Origin: Bacteroides sp.
GTDB taxonomy: Bacteria; Bacteroidota; Bacteroidia; Bacteroidales; Muribaculaceae
NCBI GenBank assembly: GCA_023665145.1
Contig: JAMPEM010000004.1
Span: 25,195 to 89,194 of the forward strand
Direction: 5' to 3'
DNA length: 64,000 nucleotides
Part shown: one piece after another, positions 21,756 through 32,551 of the stretch
Position numbering within the stretch: position 1 is the first letter of the stretch
How the letters are laid out: each line of letters begins with the position of its first letter
The notes under the pieces: generated by a model
What the model was told of the DNA's origin: nothing
The model's input: the letters and a program-made list of their open reading frames with translations, nothing else
Databases searched by the model: none
Position numbers and translations under genes: made by a program

Positions 21756-21787
21756 GACATTCGCAAAATGGATATTTTGCGAATGTC
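21756..21787. terminator. Bidirectional hairpin terminator between convergent dnaE and cdsA (gacattcgcaaaat-ggat-attttgcgaatgtc)
   Basis: Perfect 14-bp stem with 4-nt loop read directly. Confidence 0.6.
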
Positions 21788-21793
21788 TTGCTT

Positions 21794-22612
21794 CTATAAC
21801 GACAGACCGGATAAAATTACAAAATAAATAAAACATGCAGGCATAGCTAACAACATTGAATCTATACGATCAAGCAAACCGCCATGCCCGGGTATGATAT
21901 TTCCGGAATCTTTCAAATTCATTGTGCGTTTTATCATTGATTCCACCAAATCTCCCCATGTACCAAATACTGTAACTATGACTGCTAAGCCTATCCATTG
22001 CCATACATTATGAAAATAGCCGAAGAAATCACTGCAACAATAATTAAATATCAATGCAAAAACGATATTGAAAAATAGTCCACCAAAAAATCCTTCCCAC
22101 GATTTTTTTGGCGATATTCGCTCAAAAAGTTTATGACGTCCGATGGTGGAACCTACAAGAAAAGCTCCCGTGTCATTAATCCACAAAAAGAGAAATATAG
22201 AAAGAAGAATATAGCCGGATGTGAAATATGTTGCGTTAGCCAACATAAGTCCGCAAGGGACTCCAATGAGTGCCTGAGTCAAACATGATTCAGACAAGCT
22301 TGATACAGGATTTTCCTCCTCAATATATAATGCTTCTACAAATCTAAGAATCATACAGAAGAACCATACAATAAGAGGGAATAGGTAGCAACCGAGAGCA
22401 AGACAAATACTTCCTGCAATGTCAAGCGTAAGCAATGGCATACGTCTTTGATTTAATCCTCTCAGCACTTTTGATAATTCCAATGTGCCAAAACCGGCAA
22501 GCAGACAACACAATAATGTAGTGGAAATCTTACCACCAATTATACACCCTACGATGAGAGCCACATATACAATGCCTGACGCTGCTCTGACAAGCAAATT
22601 TTTCACCTTCAT
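21794..22612 (-). CDS. cdsA: Phosphatidate cytidylyltransferase
   Basis: Polytopic membrane protein with C-terminal CdsA signature region ...GKSWEG..GHGGLLDRIDS. Confidence 0.85.
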   Translation of the reverse strand: MKVKNLLVRAASGIVYVALIVGCIIGGKISTTLLCCLLAGFGTLELSKVLRGLNQRRMPLLTLDIAGSICLALGCYLFPLIVWFFCMILRFVEALYIEEENPVSSLSESCLTQALIGVPCGLMLANATYFTSGYILLSIFLFLWINDTGAFLVGSTIGRHKLFERISPKKSWEGFFGGLFFNIVFALIFNYCCSDFFGYFHNVWQWIGLAVIVTVFGTWGDLVESMIKRTMNLKDSGNIIPGHGGLLDRIDSMLLAMPACFIYFVILSGLSL

Positions 22613-22766
22613 TTGATTCCGGAATATAAACTTTTAAACTAAAAATTTGTCTGATGCAAAACACATCAAAACTTATTTTAAATGCAAAGATACAAAATTT
22701 TTTGCTCAATCATTCAGTTTTGCGAGGGTTTAAATGCTTTTTATCTTAAAAGAAGTGTTCATTATT

Positions 22767-23270
22767 TTATTTTGAACCACTCTTGCTTAATTCTATAACC
22801 TGACATTCTTTCATTTCATTTCCATCAATGGTAAGAATGACTAACGTTCTGACCTGTTGCCAACCTTGTTGACCGGCTGCACCCGGATTAATATGCAATA
22901 ATCGGAGATTGCGGTCATACATAACCTTTAAAATATGAGAATGTCCATCTACCATTAAATTAATCTTGTTATCCCTAAGCAAATTCTTCATGCCCGGACT
23001 CCATTTGCCGGGATAACCGCCTATATGAGTCAGAAGAACTCTAATACCTTCAACCTCGAAAATTTCCAACTCCTTAAGTTGACGTCTGACTACACCATGG
23101 TCAACATTTCCACATACACCCCTTACAATTGCAATATCGCTTAACTTCTCAAGAATACTTATGTCACCCACGTCTCCGGCATGCCATATTTCATCACATC
23201 CTTTAAAATAATAAGCATATCGGTCATCCCAATATCCATGCGTGTCACTTAAAATTCCAATCTTTTTCAT
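22767..23270 (-). CDS. YfcE-like metallophosphoesterase
   Basis: MKKIGILSDTHG...GDVGD...GNVD...DGHSH metallophosphatase motifs; start moved from 23513 to ATG at 23270. Confidence 0.8.
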   Translation of the reverse strand: MKKIGILSDTHGYWDDRYAYYFKGCDEIWHAGDVGDISILEKLSDIAIVRGVCGNVDHGVVRRQLKELEIFEVEGIRVLLTHIGGYPGKWSPGMKNLLRDNKINLMVDGHSHILKVMYDRNLRLLHINPGAAGQQGWQQVRTLVILTIDGNEMKECQVIELSKSGSK

Positions 23271-23304
23271 GGAGAATTCATTTAAATTTCTTACTTTTGC
23301 AACG

Positions 23305-23652
23305 ATGAAAATTGGATATTTATTACTTATCAGCGTTATATTTACATTTTTTATTTCTTGCGGAAGTCCTTTAGACGAATCTTCCGACAAGATTAATGCG
23401 CTTAACAAACATCTTGAACAACAAAACAAACGCATCGAAATGCAACAATCAGAAATAGAGTCGCTCAGAGATTCAATATCCTTGATGCATAATAATCTTG
23501 AACGATGCGACACTCACGCAAAGCATGCACAAACTGATGTAAGACAAGCTAAAAGCTGGGCAATTCAAAATGGATATGGGCAAACACTCGCTCCTTACAT
23601 AGACAATGTTTTGTATGATCTGGAGGCTATACAACAATACAGTAAACTCTAA
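23305..23652 (+). CDS. Small hypothetical lipoprotein with coiled-coil region
   Basis: MKIGYLLLISVIFTFFISCGS lipobox; rest helical/Gln-rich. Confidence 0.5.
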   Translation: MKIGYLLLISVIFTFFISCGSPLDESSDKINALNKHLEQQNKRIEMQQSEIESLRDSISLMHNNLERCDTHAKHAQTDVRQAKSWAIQNGYGQTLAPYIDNVLYDLEAIQQYSKL

Positions 23653-23718
23653 AACCCATAAATGAAAGAACCTCACAGAAGAATCTATTGTTACTTTAAT
23701 AAATAACACAGAAACACA

Positions 23719-24327
23719 ATGGATCTTGACGATATTCTGCATATCTCCGATAATAGTAATATAAAAATTCCTAAGCGAGGCTCTCTTATGATTGCCGAAC
23801 CCCTACTAAAAGAACAGTTCTTTGACAGAGCAGTAATCCTTATTATGGACATTGATAAAGAAGATGGTGTTATGGGTTTGGCCTTAAATAAACGCACAGA
23901 TATTACACTGAATGACATTATTCCGGATTGGGATGCCGGAAATAAAATTCCAATTTATTGTGGTGGTCCGGTGGACACTACGAGGTTATTTATGATTCAT
24001 ACATTACCGGATATTTTTGAGGGTGCCATCAAGATATGTCCGGGATTATATGTGGGTGGAAGTGTGGAAGATATTGTCAGTTATATAAATGATGGTGGCG
24101 TCATTGAAGGAAAAGTAAGATTCTTTCTGGGGTATAGCGGATGGACAGGTAAGCAGATTATTGATGAGATATCTCATAATGTATGGGCAGTAAATAATCT
24201 CCCGGAAGATTTCGAAGAAAGCATCCTGCGTGGCTCTGACAATCCCTTTTGGCGACGGGAAGTGGAACGCCTCGGTCACAAATACAGAAGTTGGCTTGTT
24301 ATACCACAAAATCCTACCCTTAACTAA
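23719..24327 (+). CDS. yqgE: YqgE/AlgH family protein (UPF0301)
   Basis: MIAEPLLKEQFFDRAVILIMDIDKEDGVMGLALNKRTD matches YqgE N-terminal signature. Confidence 0.85.
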   Translation: MDLDDILHISDNSNIKIPKRGSLMIAEPLLKEQFFDRAVILIMDIDKEDGVMGLALNKRTDITLNDIIPDWDAGNKIPIYCGGPVDTTRLFMIHTLPDIFEGAIKICPGLYVGGSVEDIVSYINDGGVIEGKVRFFLGYSGWTGKQIIDEISHNVWAVNNLPEDFEESILRGSDNPFWRREVERLGHKYRSWLVIPQNPTLN

Positions 24328-24486
24328 TATCGTTTAATTAAAACGCAAGTTTTGATTATATTGTTGCTTTATAAAAAACTTGCACGAATCATAAAATTTA
24401 AGTAATTTTGTATCTAAATATATATATAATTCACAATATTGGTGAATCTTCATCCCTGTGGATAATCTGAAAATGAATTTGCATTA

Positions 24487-25086
24487 ATGAGGCTTGAATA
24501 TAATACATCGCTTAAGAAGCTGGTAATGCCTGAGTTTGGGCGTAATGTCCAATCTATGGTGGATTATTGTGTCACAATAGAGGATAGGGAAGAGCGCACC
24601 CGTTGTGCCCGGAGAATAGTTAGAATAATGTCAAATCTTTTCCCTGAATTACTTGGAGAAAATGGAGACACACAGAATATATGGAATCATATAATGATTA
24701 TTTCCGATTTTAAACTTGATGTGGATTTTCCGTGTGAAATTATCAGAGAAGAATCGTTAAATCCTAAGCCACAGGATATTCCGTATATAACAGGGCCAAT
24801 CCGTCGACGTGTTTATGGACGACATATTCAGAATATGATTACGAAAGTAGCACAGATGCCGGCCGGTGAAGAGAAAGATTTGCTTATATCTATGATAGCT
24901 CATCATATGAAGAAGTTGATGCTGATTCACAATAAGGAGGGCGTGGATGATGCTATAATTTTACGAGATTTGGCAGAATTTTCCAAAGGTGCTATAATGC
25001 TGGATCCCGAAAAATATATTTTACACGAATTCCTTGAAGAGCCGGAAACAAACGTTCACCAAGGAAAGGGGAAGAAAAAGAAATAG
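24487..25086 (+). CDS. Conserved hypothetical protein (DUF4290-like) that precedes murA in Bacteroidetes
   Basis: Position immediately upstream of murA and size ~200 aa. Family assignment is from memory of synteny, not a search. Confidence 0.5.
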   Translation: MRLEYNTSLKKLVMPEFGRNVQSMVDYCVTIEDREERTRCARRIVRIMSNLFPELLGENGDTQNIWNHIMIISDFKLDVDFPCEIIREESLNPKPQDIPYITGPIRRRVYGRHIQNMITKVAQMPAGEEKDLLISMIAHHMKKLMLIHNKEGVDDAIILRDLAEFSKGAIMLDPEKYILHEFLEEPETNVHQGKGKKKK

Positions 25087-25118
25087 GGCTAAAATACACC
25101 ATAAAAAGGTTATGACCC

Positions 25119-26432
25119 ATGAGTACATTCATAGTAGAAGGAGGAAAAAGACTTTCAGGGGAAATTACACCACAGGGAGCAAAGAATGAAGCTCTTCAGG
25201 TGATATGTGCTACGTTGCTCACAAAGCAGCCTATAACCATATCCAATCTTCCAGATATCCTTGATGTTAGGAATTTAATATCACTATTAGGCGATTTGGG
25301 GGTCAAGATTAAATATTTAGACCAACATACTGTAGAATTTTGTGCGGACGAGGTTAATATCGATTATATTCATACGGAGGATTACCGCCAAAAAGCAGCA
25401 CGTCTGCGAGGGTCTGTTATGATTGTCGGCCCTTTGACAGCAAGATTTGGATGTGCAGTATTGCCCAAGCCCGGAGGTGACAAGATAGGACGTAGACGAC
25501 TTGATACTCATTTTATAGGGTTGCAAAAATTAGGTGCGGATTTCAAATATATTTCTGATAAAAGGTTGTATGATATTGACGCTCCGCGTGGCCTTAGAGG
25601 GACATATATGCTTCTTGATGAGGCGTCTGTGACCGGTACGGCTAATTTGATTATGGCAGCTGTTCTTGCAGAGGGTAAAACTACTATCTATAATGCAGCC
25701 TGTGAGCCTTACGTGCAGCAATTATGCAAGATGTTGCGAAGAATGGGGGCAAAGATAGAAGGTGTAGGCTCAAATTTACTCACTATCTATGGATGTAAAG
25801 ACCTTGGGGGCACAGAACATCACCTTCTTCCGGACATGATTGAAGTGGGAAGTTTTATCGGAATAGCAGCGATGACGGGTTCTCAAATCAGACTTAAAGA
25901 TGTCAGTGTGTCAGACTTGGGGATTATACCTGAATCTTTCCAGCGTCTTGGTGTGAAAGTTGTCATAGATGGTGATGATATTGTTATTCCATCAAGCGAT
26001 GGTTATGAGATAGATACATTTATAGATGGGAGCATAATGACCATTTCAGATGCTCCGTGGCCTGGATTGTCTCCGGATTTACTTAGTATCATGTTGGTGG
26101 TAGCTACACAAGCAAGAGGGTCTGTGTTAATACATCAAAAGATGTTTGAATCGAGACTTTTCTTTGTGGATAAGCTCATTGACATGGGAGCCAAAATCAT
26201 CTTATGTGACCCACACCGCGCAGCTGTAATCGGTTCGGGAAGACTTCATTCGCTACATGGAACCAATATGGTATCACCCGATATACGAGCCGGTATTGCA
26301 ATGCTTATAGCTGCACTTGGAGCTAAAGGTATAAGTCGGATTCAAAATATAGATCAGATAGACCGCGGATATGAAAAAATAGACGAACGCTTGAACTCTC
26401 TTGGAGCTAAAATCATTAGAATAGAAGAATAG
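25119..26432 (+). CDS. murA: UDP-N-acetylglucosamine 1-carboxyvinyltransferase
   Basis: MSTFIVEGGKRLSGEITPQGAKNEALQ... canonical MurA N-terminus, 437 aa. Confidence 0.95.
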   Translation: MSTFIVEGGKRLSGEITPQGAKNEALQVICATLLTKQPITISNLPDILDVRNLISLLGDLGVKIKYLDQHTVEFCADEVNIDYIHTEDYRQKAARLRGSVMIVGPLTARFGCAVLPKPGGDKIGRRRLDTHFIGLQKLGADFKYISDKRLYDIDAPRGLRGTYMLLDEASVTGTANLIMAAVLAEGKTTIYNAACEPYVQQLCKMLRRMGAKIEGVGSNLLTIYGCKDLGGTEHHLLPDMIEVGSFIGIAAMTGSQIRLKDVSVSDLGIIPESFQRLGVKVVIDGDDIVIPSSDGYEIDTFIDGSIMTISDAPWPGLSPDLLSIMLVVATQARGSVLIHQKMFESRLFFVDKLIDMGAKIILCDPHRAAVIGSGRLHSLHGTNMVSPDIRAGIAMLIAALGAKGISRIQNIDQIDRGYEKIDERLNSLGAKIIRIEE

Positions 26433-26463
26433 TTGGTTTAAGTGTTTTGATAAAAATTATCTG

Positions 26464-27015
26464 ATGATTACACGTGCGGATATAACGCCAATTGGAAAAT
26501 TTCACAAGACACACGCATTGAAAGGTGAGCTTAATGCTGTGTTGGATATTGATGCGGAATTTTTGGACAGAACGCATCCGCTAATTGTGGATGTAGATGG
26601 AATATATGTACCGTTTTATTGTGAGAGCGTCAGACCAAAAGGACATTTTTCATCACTTGTAAAGCTTCAGGATATTGACACGGAAGACGATGCCAAAGAA
26701 TTTGTCAACAAGGAAATCTTTGCGTTGAAATCTGATATAACGGAATTCGACAATGAATTTGAACGTGAAAGCGAAAATGAGGGGACATATGCCGATGATT
26801 TGGTCGGATACAAAATAGTGGATGTTAATACGGGGCATGAAATTGGCGAAATATCCGGTTTAAATCTGAGTACAGCTAATGCACTTTTTATTATACAAAG
26901 CGGTGAAGACACAATAATGATACCGATTGCCGATGAATTTATAAAAAACATTGATGATGAGGCTCATGTCATTGAGATGCAATTACCGGAGGGTCTCGTG
27001 GACATCAATACTTAA
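26464..27015 (+). CDS. rimM: Ribosome maturation factor RimM
   Basis: N-terminal IGKFHKTHALKGEL and C-terminal PRC-barrel region; 183 aa. Confidence 0.85.
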   Translation: MITRADITPIGKFHKTHALKGELNAVLDIDAEFLDRTHPLIVDVDGIYVPFYCESVRPKGHFSSLVKLQDIDTEDDAKEFVNKEIFALKSDITEFDNEFERESENEGTYADDLVGYKIVDVNTGHEIGEISGLNLSTANALFIIQSGEDTIMIPIADEFIKNIDDEAHVIEMQLPEGLVDINT

Positions 27016-27025
27016 TAATCTTTAT

Positions 27026-27361
27026 ATGGGACAGTTCAGTATTGAAGAAAATGTATTTAATGAGGAGGATGCAGTAAGATTTATACGCGCTCGTATTCCC
27101 AAAGAAATAAATGAAAATACTGAGGACGATGAAGATATCCTTTGTATAATAGATGCAATCTGGGACTATTATGAAAAAAAAGGAATGCTCTCATTGGATA
27201 ATCTCGATGAAGAAGAGGAGCTTCTTGATGAGTCGGATCTAATTAAGTATGTAAAAAAAGAGTTGGCAGAAAATCCGGAAATAAAATTCACGGCACGCAC
27301 TATAGAAATAATCGTAAAAGCAGAGTTGGAATATGAAGAATCGCTTGAAGAAAATATATAG
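27026..27361 (+). CDS. Small highly acidic hypothetical protein
   Basis: ORF from ATG 27026 (start moved from 26951); Glu/Asp-rich; 3' end overlaps next gene by 29 nt. Confidence 0.5.
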   Translation: MGQFSIEENVFNEEDAVRFIRARIPKEINENTEDDEDILCIIDAIWDYYEKKGMLSLDNLDEEEELLDESDLIKYVKKELAENPEIKFTARTIEIIVKAELEYEESLEENI

Positions 27362-28004
27362 AACATTAGTATTTGCAGTTATTGCAGCATCGTCATTTTA
27401 TGGCTTAGAGAGTAATGCGCAAAATCCATTGTCTCAACAAAGGATTGAAAATCTTGATGATCTTTCATTTTTAGAAATGTTGAATACACCGGAATTAGGT
27501 AGTCAATCAGAGAAAATAAGTACATTTCAGAAAAAAGAGGGACAAGGAGTATTGCTCAAACAGAATAAGTATAAAGAGAAAGGAGTGACAGTAGAGCTTA
27601 CCCGAAACAAGGAAGTTTTACTTGTAACTATACCTGCGGCACTCCTTTTTGATCCTAATGAAATAGAGTTATCGGAAAAAGCGGGGGCATATCTTGATCC
27701 GATAAAACGTTATCTAAGACAGCCGGATATGTATAGAGTGCTTCTCGCGATGCATACCGACAATACCGGTTCGCCACAGTATCGCGATATGATTACAGAA
27801 GAGAGAGTAGATGCAATATTTGATTATTTTGACAAATCAAATGTTGATACACGATACATGTTCTCCTATGCTCTTAGCGATGATTTACCATTGACAGAAA
27901 ATAATTCTGTATTAAACCGCGAAAAGAATCGTCGACTTGAAATATATCTTGTTCCGGGAGAGAAGATGCTTGAGCAGGCAAAAAAAGGTAGAATCGCATT
28001 CTAA
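27333..28004 (+). CDS. OmpA-family (OmpA C-terminal-like domain) periplasmic protein
   Basis: Signal peptide; C-terminal ...NREKNRRLEIYL resembles OmpA_C NRRVEI motif. Confidence 0.7.
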   Translation: MKNRLKKIYRTLVFAVIAASSFYGLESNAQNPLSQQRIENLDDLSFLEMLNTPELGSQSEKISTFQKKEGQGVLLKQNKYKEKGVTVELTRNKEVLLVTIPAALLFDPNEIELSEKAGAYLDPIKRYLRQPDMYRVLLAMHTDNTGSPQYRDMITEERVDAIFDYFDKSNVDTRYMFSYALSDDLPLTENNSVLNREKNRRLEIYLVPGEKMLEQAKKGRIAF

Positions 28005-28086
28005 TCAATATACAGATACGAAGTACAAGATTAATTTTGCCGTGGTTTTCGGAGAATCACGGCAAAATTATGTATGAACAGGATAA

Positions 28087-28422
28087 TCAGCGACCGAATA
28101 TTTTGTCAAGTAGGCCTTTTTTTTCATCCGGACGAAAGTGAACACTCATATTGTTATCCACTTTGCTAAAAAAAAGAATGTGATTTGGAAATACGAATGC
28201 GACCCATTTGTCAAACTCCAAGACAGCATAAAGAGCTCGCTTAAGGAATATCTTGAATGGATTGAAATCATCAAGATCTTGAATGATTATTTCATCACCA
28301 TTGTCTATAAAGTTATGATATTCACTTAGCATGTCCATATAATAATCAAAATTCAAGTCATCCGGTCTGGATGGCTTATTGAATTTCTTATATATATCTT
28401 TAATGACCTGTTCGGTAATCAT
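28087..28422 (-). CDS. Hypothetical protein
   Basis: 111-aa ORF with no recognisable motif. Confidence 0.4.
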   Translation of the reverse strand: MITEQVIKDIYKKFNKPSRPDDLNFDYYMDMLSEYHNFIDNGDEIIIQDLDDFNPFKIFLKRALYAVLEFDKWVAFVFPNHILFFSKVDNNMSVHFRPDEKKGLLDKIFGR

Positions 28423-28554
28423 AATCTGAATGGGAATAATAATAGCCCCTTAATTCCCTATATTAACAAACTACATACGTATTTTGTTTGGTGGTATAAT
28501 AGATCTGTTTTACAAAATTCATATCTGAACAATAGAAAATATGTGATTGACTCA

Positions 28555-28586
28555 TTTGCAGAGATGAAGGAATTTTTGTAATTTTG
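28555..28586 (+). promoter_or_regulatory. Bacteroidetes sigma-A type promoter (-33 TTTG at 28555-28558, 20-nt spacer, -7 TAATTTTG at 28579-28586) for the fumarase gene
   Basis: Elements read directly; spacing matches the 19-21 nt consensus. Confidence 0.55.
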
Positions 28587-28614
28587 CAGTCATTAGAAAA
28601 TCTAACAAACTATA

Positions 28615-30261
28615 ATGGCAACAAAACCTTTTCACTATCAAGAGCCGTTTCCTTTAGGGCCTGATACAACTGAATATCAATTAATCACCAAAGACCATGT
28701 CAAGGTCGAAAACTGGAACGGACATGAAATGCTCGTGGTGGATCCTGAAGCACTTACAATTATTGCAAATGTAGCTTCACACAACTGTTCATTCATGCTT
28801 CGTCGTGAGCATAATGAGATGGTTGCAAAGATTCTAAAAGATCCGGAAGCTTCAGAAAACGACAAGTTTGTGGCTCTCACAATGCTTAGAAATGCAGAGG
28901 TGGCATCAAAAGGTATTCTTCCGTTCTGCCAAGATACCGGAACATCAATATGTGCTGCTTACAAAGGACAGAACGTCTGGACGGGATGCAATGATGAAGA
29001 GAAAATCACCTTGGGCGTTTATAAGACTTATACCGAGAATAATCTGCGTTATTCTCAAAATGCACCTCTCACAATGTATGATGAAGTCAATACCGGTTGC
29101 AATCTTCCGGCACAGATTGATATTCATGCGACAGAGGGAAGTGAATACAAGTTCTTGTTTGTAGCCAAAGGTGGCGGTTCAGCCAATAAGACATATTTAT
29201 ATCAGGAAACAAAAGCCATTCTGAATAAAAAAACTTTAGTTCCTTTCCTTATAGAAAAGATGAAGACACTCGGCACGGCAGCCTGTCCTCCATATCATAT
29301 AGCATTCGTAATAGGTGGTACATCAGCTGAAGCGAATCTGGCTGCTGTCAAGAAGGCTTCTGTGAAATACTACGATAACCTTCCTACATCCGGGAACGAA
29401 TATGGAAGAGCATTCCGTGATGTGGAGCTTGAAAAAGAGCTTCTTGAGGCTGCACACTGTATCGGATTAGGAGCACAATTCGGTGGTAAATATTTTGCAC
29501 ATGATATCAGAGTTATCCGTCTTCCAAGACATGGTGCGTCTTGCCCTGTTGGTATGGGTGTAAGTTGTTCGGCTGACCGCAATGTAAAAGCTAAAATTAA
29601 TAAAGACGGTCTTTGGATAGAAAAACTCGACGAGTTCCCCGGAGAATTGATTCCTGAAGAACTGCGTCAACAAGGTGAAGGCGAGGTGGTAAAGATTGAT
29701 TTGAATAAACCTATGTCAGAGATTCTTGCTACACTTGACAAGTATCCTGTAAGTACACGTTTGTCGCTTAAAGGAACTATTATAGTTGGTCGGGATATAG
29801 CTCATGCCAAGATAAAAGAACGTCTTGATGCCGGTGAAGATATGCCACAGTATCTCAAGGATCATCCTATCTATTATGCCGGCCCGGCTAAAAAACCCGA
29901 AGGTATGCCTTCAGGTTCGTTTGGCCCAACTACTGCCGGTAGAATGGATCCATATGTAGATCAATTCCAAGCAGCCGGTGGCTCAATGGTAATGATTGCA
30001 AAAGGGAATCGTTCGCAACAGGTTACGGACGCTTGTAAGAAACATGGTGGATTCTATCTCGGTTCTATCGGAGGCCCGGCAGCGATATTGGCTCAAAACA
30101 GTATAAAAAACGTAGAGCTTCTTGAGTATCCTGAGCTTGGAATGGAAGCAATCTGGAAAATTGAAGTGGAAGATTTCCCGGCATTTATCCTTGTAGATAA
30201 TAAGGGTAATGATTTCTTCAAGCAATTAAAACCTCGTTGTCCGATGAATTGCGTTAAGTAA
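28615..30261 (+). CDS. Class I fumarate hydratase (Fe-S hydro-lyase, fused alpha/beta subunits)
   Basis: 548 aa; LPFCQDTGT and C-terminal beta-subunit-like region typical of FumA/FumB family. Confidence 0.9.
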   Translation: MATKPFHYQEPFPLGPDTTEYQLITKDHVKVENWNGHEMLVVDPEALTIIANVASHNCSFMLRREHNEMVAKILKDPEASENDKFVALTMLRNAEVASKGILPFCQDTGTSICAAYKGQNVWTGCNDEEKITLGVYKTYTENNLRYSQNAPLTMYDEVNTGCNLPAQIDIHATEGSEYKFLFVAKGGGSANKTYLYQETKAILNKKTLVPFLIEKMKTLGTAACPPYHIAFVIGGTSAEANLAAVKKASVKYYDNLPTSGNEYGRAFRDVELEKELLEAAHCIGLGAQFGGKYFAHDIRVIRLPRHGASCPVGMGVSCSADRNVKAKINKDGLWIEKLDEFPGELIPEELRQQGEGEVVKIDLNKPMSEILATLDKYPVSTRLSLKGTIIVGRDIAHAKIKERLDAGEDMPQYLKDHPIYYAGPAKKPEGMPSGSFGPTTAGRMDPYVDQFQAAGGSMVMIAKGNRSQQVTDACKKHGGFYLGSIGGPAAILAQNSIKNVELLEYPELGMEAIWKIEVEDFPAFILVDNKGNDFFKQLKPRCPMNCVK

Positions 30262-30286
30262 TGTAATAAAAGAGAATAATTAAATA

Positions 30287-30330
30287 ATACGGTATCAGAT
30301 TGGTAAATCCATTTGATACCGTATATTTTT
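30287..30330 (+). terminator. Hairpin (atacggtatca...tgataccgtat) followed by ATTTTTG after the fumarase stop
   Basis: 11-bp stem read directly, T-run follows. Confidence 0.5.
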
Positions 30331-30376
30331 GATACGTTTTATTGAGATGGAATTATTGGTAATAATCCCACTGTTC

Positions 30377-31750
30377 TTATATTTTGTAGCAGAATTTTAC
30401 ATCCGCATCTCTGTCATATACTTTATTTCCACTTATATATGTAGCTTTAATCACATTGTCCGGACCTAAGGTAGATAGAACAAACAGTTTTTCGAATATA
30501 TTATTGGCAAATTGCATTCGCCATTCAATAAATTCATTGGGAGCAAGGTCTATTACTGTAATGTCCGCTTCAAATCCCGGTTGAATAGATCCAATCTTGT
30601 CCTGTAGGTGAAGAGCCTCGGCCGAACCTTTGGTGGCCATATAGAATCCTTGCATTGCCGTCAAGCCGTTGTCTTGCAACATTCCTACTTTGTATGCCTC
30701 ACCAATCTGACGTATTAATGAGAAATTTGTTCCTCCACCGACATCAGTGGCAATTCCGAGTTTAACCGGATGTTGTGGATTTTTAGCTTCTCGGAATTTA
30801 AATTCACCGTCACCGAGAAAAAGATTACTGCTTGGACAATGCACCACACCACATTCATTATGGTAAAGAATTTCCCATTCTCGAGGTTCTACAATGCAAC
30901 AATGTGCCAATACAGAGCGATCTGCAATCAATCCGAATTGATGATACACCTCAGTATAGGTGGGAATTCCGGGAAAGAGTTCTTTTACCCAATCAATTTC
31001 GCTTTGCACTTCATCGAGATGTGTATGCAAATATACCCCTTCGTTGATGTGATTTTTATAAAGTTCACCGGCAAGTTTCAATTGTTGTGGGGTAGATGTG
31101 GGAGCGAACCTTGGAATTACGGCATATAATTGGCGATCCTTATTATGCCATTTATATAGCAAATCTTCAGCTAATATTACTGAGGATTCAGCGTTTTTAT
31201 CTTTAAGAGCATCAGGGACATACCTGTCTTGAAGCACTTTGCCTGCAATCATTCTTGTACCGTATTTAATGCTTTCTTCGAAGAATGCATCTACGCTTTC
31301 TTTAAAAGTGGTACAAAAAACATTTGCTGTGGTGGTGCCGTTGCTTAAGAGTTGATGAAAAAATATCCTGGCTGTTTGCTCAGCTATATTTATGTCAGAG
31401 AATTTACATTCTGTGGGGAATGTGTAATTATTAAGCCATTTGAGCAAAGTGTCGCCATGGCTACCTATCATTGGGGTTTGAACATAATGAATATGAGCAT
31501 CAATAAACCCCGGCATAATCAGAGAATTCTCAAAACAATCGATTTTATTGAGTTGGGGATAATGTCGCGATACCTCCTCGAAATTACCGACATCAATGAT
31601 TAGGCCGTCATTTATCACCACGAGTGCATCCTCATAATAAGTATATGATTCTGACGATGAAAAAAGAAATGGATCGTGATGGAATGTAAGTAATTGTCCC
31701 CTAATTCCGGTTAATGAATTTTTATAAGGATTTAGCGATTGTCTGTTCAT
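30377..31750 (-). CDS. Amidohydrolase-superfamily deaminase, guanine deaminase-like
   Basis: PGFIDAHIHYVQ metal-binding HxH motif, 457 aa, overall chlorohydrolase/GuaD-like. Confidence 0.6.
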   Translation of the reverse strand: MNRQSLNPYKNSLTGIRGQLLTFHHDPFLFSSSESYTYYEDALVVINDGLIIDVGNFEEVSRHYPQLNKIDCFENSLIMPGFIDAHIHYVQTPMIGSHGDTLLKWLNNYTFPTECKFSDINIAEQTARIFFHQLLSNGTTTANVFCTTFKESVDAFFEESIKYGTRMIAGKVLQDRYVPDALKDKNAESSVILAEDLLYKWHNKDRQLYAVIPRFAPTSTPQQLKLAGELYKNHINEGVYLHTHLDEVQSEIDWVKELFPGIPTYTEVYHQFGLIADRSVLAHCCIVEPREWEILYHNECGVVHCPSSNLFLGDGEFKFREAKNPQHPVKLGIATDVGGGTNFSLIRQIGEAYKVGMLQDNGLTAMQGFYMATKGSAEALHLQDKIGSIQPGFEADITVIDLAPNEFIEWRMQFANNIFEKLFVLSTLGPDNVIKATYISGNKVYDRDADVKFCYKI

Positions 31751-31940
31751 TTAATATTGTTCTTTAAATAGAATCATTAGTAATATTTTAACAAATTTAT
31801 CAAGAGTATGTTTTATGTTAAAAATATTTTTAGTGAAATATTGACCGCTAACCCTCAAAAAAAGAGAAGTCATAACAACCCCTCTAAAATAATTCACCTG
31901 TTGTCCATTTCATAAATGGAAAGAATAGGCGACATGTATG

Positions 31941-32513
31941 TTATTTTCTATTTCTATCCGTCTTGATAATGTTTTTTTGTGTTATAACATAATCGACGGG
32001 AACATCATGTTCTTCTGCCGGAATAATCTCAACAAGTTGGAAATCATATCCGACTCCGATTTTAGTGGCGCGTGTAGTGTTGAGAAGTCTGTCATAAAAT
32101 CCTTTACCGCGTCCCAGTCTGTTACCATATCGGTCATAAGCCACAGCAGGTACTATAATCAATTCTATCTCATCAGGATTGACAATGTCATCTCCTTGTG
32201 GTTCTTCAATATGAAATGCACCAAGTTCAAGTCTACTGCGGTCGTAAGGGAGGATTTCAAGGTTAACACCATTCACCCTTGGGAGAAAAAATTTCTTTAC
32301 ATTGCTCCATTTCTTCAGAAATTCAATTGTGGAAAGTTCATCCGGAAGGGAATGATACATCAAAATTTTTTCAGCGAGAGTGAAAGCCGCAGTCTGTTCT
32401 AAAAGACGGAACACTTCTTCGGCAGCCGAAAGTTTTTCATCGGGTGAGAGCATAAGTCTCATTTGTTTGATCTTTTTGCGGAGCTCTCTTTTTTCCATTA
32501 TCTTGTCTTGCAT
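31941..32513 (-). CDS. 5-formyltetrahydrofolate cyclo-ligase
   Basis: 190 aa; ...RLGRGKGFYDRLL... conserved 5-FCL motif. Confidence 0.8.
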   Translation of the reverse strand: MQDKIMEKRELRKKIKQMRLMLSPDEKLSAAEEVFRLLEQTAAFTLAEKILMYHSLPDELSTIEFLKKWSNVKKFFLPRVNGVNLEILPYDRSRLELGAFHIEEPQGDDIVNPDEIELIIVPAVAYDRYGNRLGRGKGFYDRLLNTTRATKIGVGYDFQLVEIIPAEEHDVPVDYVITQKNIIKTDRNRK

Positions 32514-32551
32514 GGCAACTTTCTTAATCCTATAGTCGTAAGATATAACGT

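Noticed and set aside
22767-23513. Long form of the phosphoesterase ORF (248 aa)
   Set aside because: The metallophosphatase domain begins at MKKIGILSDTHG (ATG 23270); the upstream 81 codons are Cys/Ser-rich with no homology and would overlap the divergent lipoprotein gene.
31751-31940. Purine riboswitch upstream of the guanine-deaminase-like gene
   Set aside because: Neither the conserved GATATGG...CCGTAAA-type junction motifs nor a three-way junction could be found in the reverse-complemented leader.
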